Assembly: GCA_944384375.1 (NCBI GenBank)
Contig: CALWTE010000018.1
Coordinates: 726-64,725, forward strand
Source of the DNA: an uncultured Clostridia bacterium
GTDB taxonomy: Bacteria; Bacillota; Clostridia; Christensenellales; UBA1242
Reading direction: 5' to 3'
Length of the DNA stretch: 64,000 nucleotides
Shown here in pieces: positions 62,254 to 64,000 of this stretch. Position 1 is the stretch's first letter. Each line of letters begins with the position of its first letter. Below the pieces are notes generated by a model, which worked only from the letters and a program-made list of their open reading frames with translations, had not been told where the DNA came from and did not search any database. The translations under genes were made by a program, and so were the position numbers.

Positions 62254-64000
62254 TTAAAATTTACGATAAATTCTGCCGATTAAAACGGTCATATCGTCTG
62301 CTGGGAAATTTTTATTGTTTTCAAGTGCCTTATTAAGTATTACATTTGCTAGATGTTGCGGATTAGTGGTTTCCGTTTCGTTTATTAAGTTCCCTATTTC
62401 GTCATAACTAGAAAAACTATCAATAATGCCGTCTGTCGCAAGAATTATCATATCATTTTCTTTTAGTACAAAGGAACGGATGTTTGGGTGAATCTCTTCT
62501 AGTATTCCTAAAGGCAAGGCGCCTGTATCAATTCTTTGCAAGGCATTCTCACCTTTTATAAAACTAGGTGGCGAACCGACCTTTATCATATCACAAGTAC
62601 CATTATGTAAATCTACGACACAGGCATCAATTGCGCTGAATTTCTCGTCTCCACTTAAAGAAAGCAATTTATTTACACTTGTTAAAATCAATTCATTGTC
62701 AAAGCCCGCTTTGTAAAAGTTTTCTAACAGTCCTAGTGCAAGGCTACTTGTCCGTTCTGCTTCTTTTCCACTACCCATTCCATCACAAAGAGCGAGCAAA
62801 ATCTTGTCTTTGCCTAATTTCAATATTGAATGAGTGTCTCCACTTTTTACACTGTCGTTTTTAACCGCCCCCGCACTACCAAACACCATATCAAAAGCGT
62901 TGCTATTCTGCATAATTAACACACTATATCCCGCTTTTTCGCCTTTGTTTACTCCTATTATTTCCATAGGGGTATTTAGTGTTTTTGATACAACCTTGTT
63001 TATCTTTTCGTTGTTTAAACTTTTATCATTCACAACAAGGGTAACACTGCAAACTTCTTCTTGCTGGTGATAAACGATTGCTTCGCTACAGACAATTCCC
63101 GAATACATTAAGTCTTCGGCTATTTTTCTTTCAATACTTGTATCAAATGTTACGTTTAGGCTTACTTCGTTTGCTAGCGACTTCATAATTTGCGAGACGC
63201 CCCACATTTGCTCGGATAATAAGATTTTACCGCTATCTAAATTATTTAATGTTTGTAAATTGCTCTTATACTCATCTACAATGCTGTTTATACTATTGAT
63301 TACGTAACTTATTCGGTTACAATTCGCTGTAAGTACGGGTGGCATGTCCACAAGAGAAACACGCCCCCTTTCGTATGCGTATTTAACCAAATCATCAAAC
63401 GCGCGATTAGTTTCATTTGCATACAAACGCAGACAATTTTGCTTATTGATACAATTTGCACAATTTCGTTGCTTTATGGTTTCTACTAAAAGTCCTGAAA
63501 CTTCATTTATGTCTTTTACTCCCTTTACCATACCGTAAAAAACGTTTTTCATATCATAAAAAACTTCGCTTAACTCGTATAGCCTTGCTTGCAGTGCTTG
63601 CCTATTCCTATTAATTATTGTGCGCACGGCAACATCTTCTTTATCCTTTATAATATAAGACGAAATTAAATTTAAAAATCTCTTTGGTATGATTAAAAAC
63701 AACAATGCACCAACAAACGTACATAGCAAGTGTTCCAAATTATAAAACGGTAAAAAATATAGCCCTGATAAAATATCTACTAAAATAACACTAATACATG
63801 CATATACACGTTTACTACAGCAAGTGGCACAAGTTGCCAAACTCATAAAAATTACGTGTGATAAATATAAAAACTGCTCGCTACTAAACGCGCAACCTAG
63901 TCCTAAAAATGTAGCGACAAGCAAGCTTTGGGTAGCACCGAAAATAAATGTTGTAAATAAAATTATAAAAGTTGTGATGCCTATAAAGAAATATTCACCT
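62254..64000 (-). CDS. spoIIE: Stage II sporulation protein E (PP2C phosphatase), N-terminus beyond the window
   Basis: The frame stays open to base 64000. Hydrophobic N-terminal part and C-terminal PP2C motifs (SGD, LCDGMGSG, ATDG). spoIIE-tilS neighbourhood as in Bacillus. Confidence 0.85.
   Translation of the reverse strand, partial: GEYFFIGITTFIILFTTFIFGATQSLLVATFLGLGCAFSSEQFLYLSHVIFMSLATCATCCSKRVYACISVILVDILSGLYFLPFYNLEHLLCTFVGALLFLIIPKRFLNLISSYIIKDKEDVAVRTIINRNRQALQARLYELSEVFYDMKNVFYGMVKGVKDINEVSGLLVETIKQRNCANCINKQNCLRLYANETNRAFDDLVKYAYERGRVSLVDMPPVLTANCNRISYVINSINSIVDEYKSNLQTLNNLDSGKILLSEQMWGVSQIMKSLANEVSLNVTFDTSIERKIAEDLMYSGIVCSEAIVYHQQEEVCSVTLVVNDKSLNNEKINKVVSKTLNTPMEIIGVNKGEKAGYSVLIMQNSNAFDMVFGSAGAVKNDSVKSGDTHSILKLGKDKILLALCDGMGSGKEAERTSSLALGLLENFYKAGFDNELILTSVNKLLSLSGDEKFSAIDACVVDLHNGTCDMIKVGSPPSFIKGENALQRIDTGALPLGILEEIHPNIRSFVLKENDMIILATDGIIDSFSSYDEIGNLINETETTNPQHLANVILNKALENNKNFPADDMTVLIGRIYRKF

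Noticed and set aside
1-64000. rRNA, tRNA, CRISPR arrays, transposases/IS elements, prophage or known defence-system genes
   Set aside because: I scanned the intergenic regions and ORF translations. I found no T-loop or acceptor-like tRNA signatures, no regularly spaced repeats, and no integrase, transposase, RT, or defence-type nuclease-helicase architectures. The absence is by eye only, so tRNAscan-SE, Infernal and defence-finder tools should confirm it.

Overview
AT-rich (by eye about one-third G+C, not computed) core chromosomal segment of an endospore-forming Firmicute with Clostridia-like gene order. The species cannot be assigned from the sequence alone. I call about 69 protein genes, tightly packed, and all but six are on the minus strand.

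Content, reading the minus strand from high to low coordinates:
- spoIIE (partial), tilS, a flippase-like membrane protein, an AI-2E transporter, uvrC, murB, a PHP protein, whiA, dnaE
- a small accessory islet: a small membrane protein, an XRE regulator, an InlB-B-repeat surface protein, and rpsU on the plus strand
- comM, dprA, topA, trmFO, hslVU, hisS, trxA
- a noncoding stretch holding three promoter/structured-RNA/terminator units
- nifS-nifU, two orphan ORFs, ruvX, a DUF1292 protein
- the rpsB-tsf-frr-uppS-cdsA-rseP-[PolC-N/exonuclease-only ORF]-nusA-ylxR-ylxQ-infB-rbfA-nrnA-truB block
- an Endo IV-like gene, efp, the complete spoIIIAA-AH operon, asp23-nusB-xseAB, argR, recN, spoIVB, a divergent spo0A, spoIIM, a D-Ala-D-Ala carboxypeptidase
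- on the plus strand at the left edge: spoVAD (partial), spoVAE, yunB

I found no rRNA, tRNA, CRISPR array, transposase or recognisable defence system.

The most unusual items are:
- the tandem candidate sRNA cluster upstream of nifS
- a 513-aa PolC-N-terminal/OB/exonuclease-only ORF in the slot where full-length polC normally sits
- a Spo0A with a degenerate receiver domain
- several precise absences from otherwise conserved synteny blocks: pyrH, dxr, proS, rimP, ispA/dxs, xerC, codY

All protein calls come from motif and architecture recognition plus synteny, not from database searches. Coordinates of small features were counted by hand and may be off by 1-2 nt.
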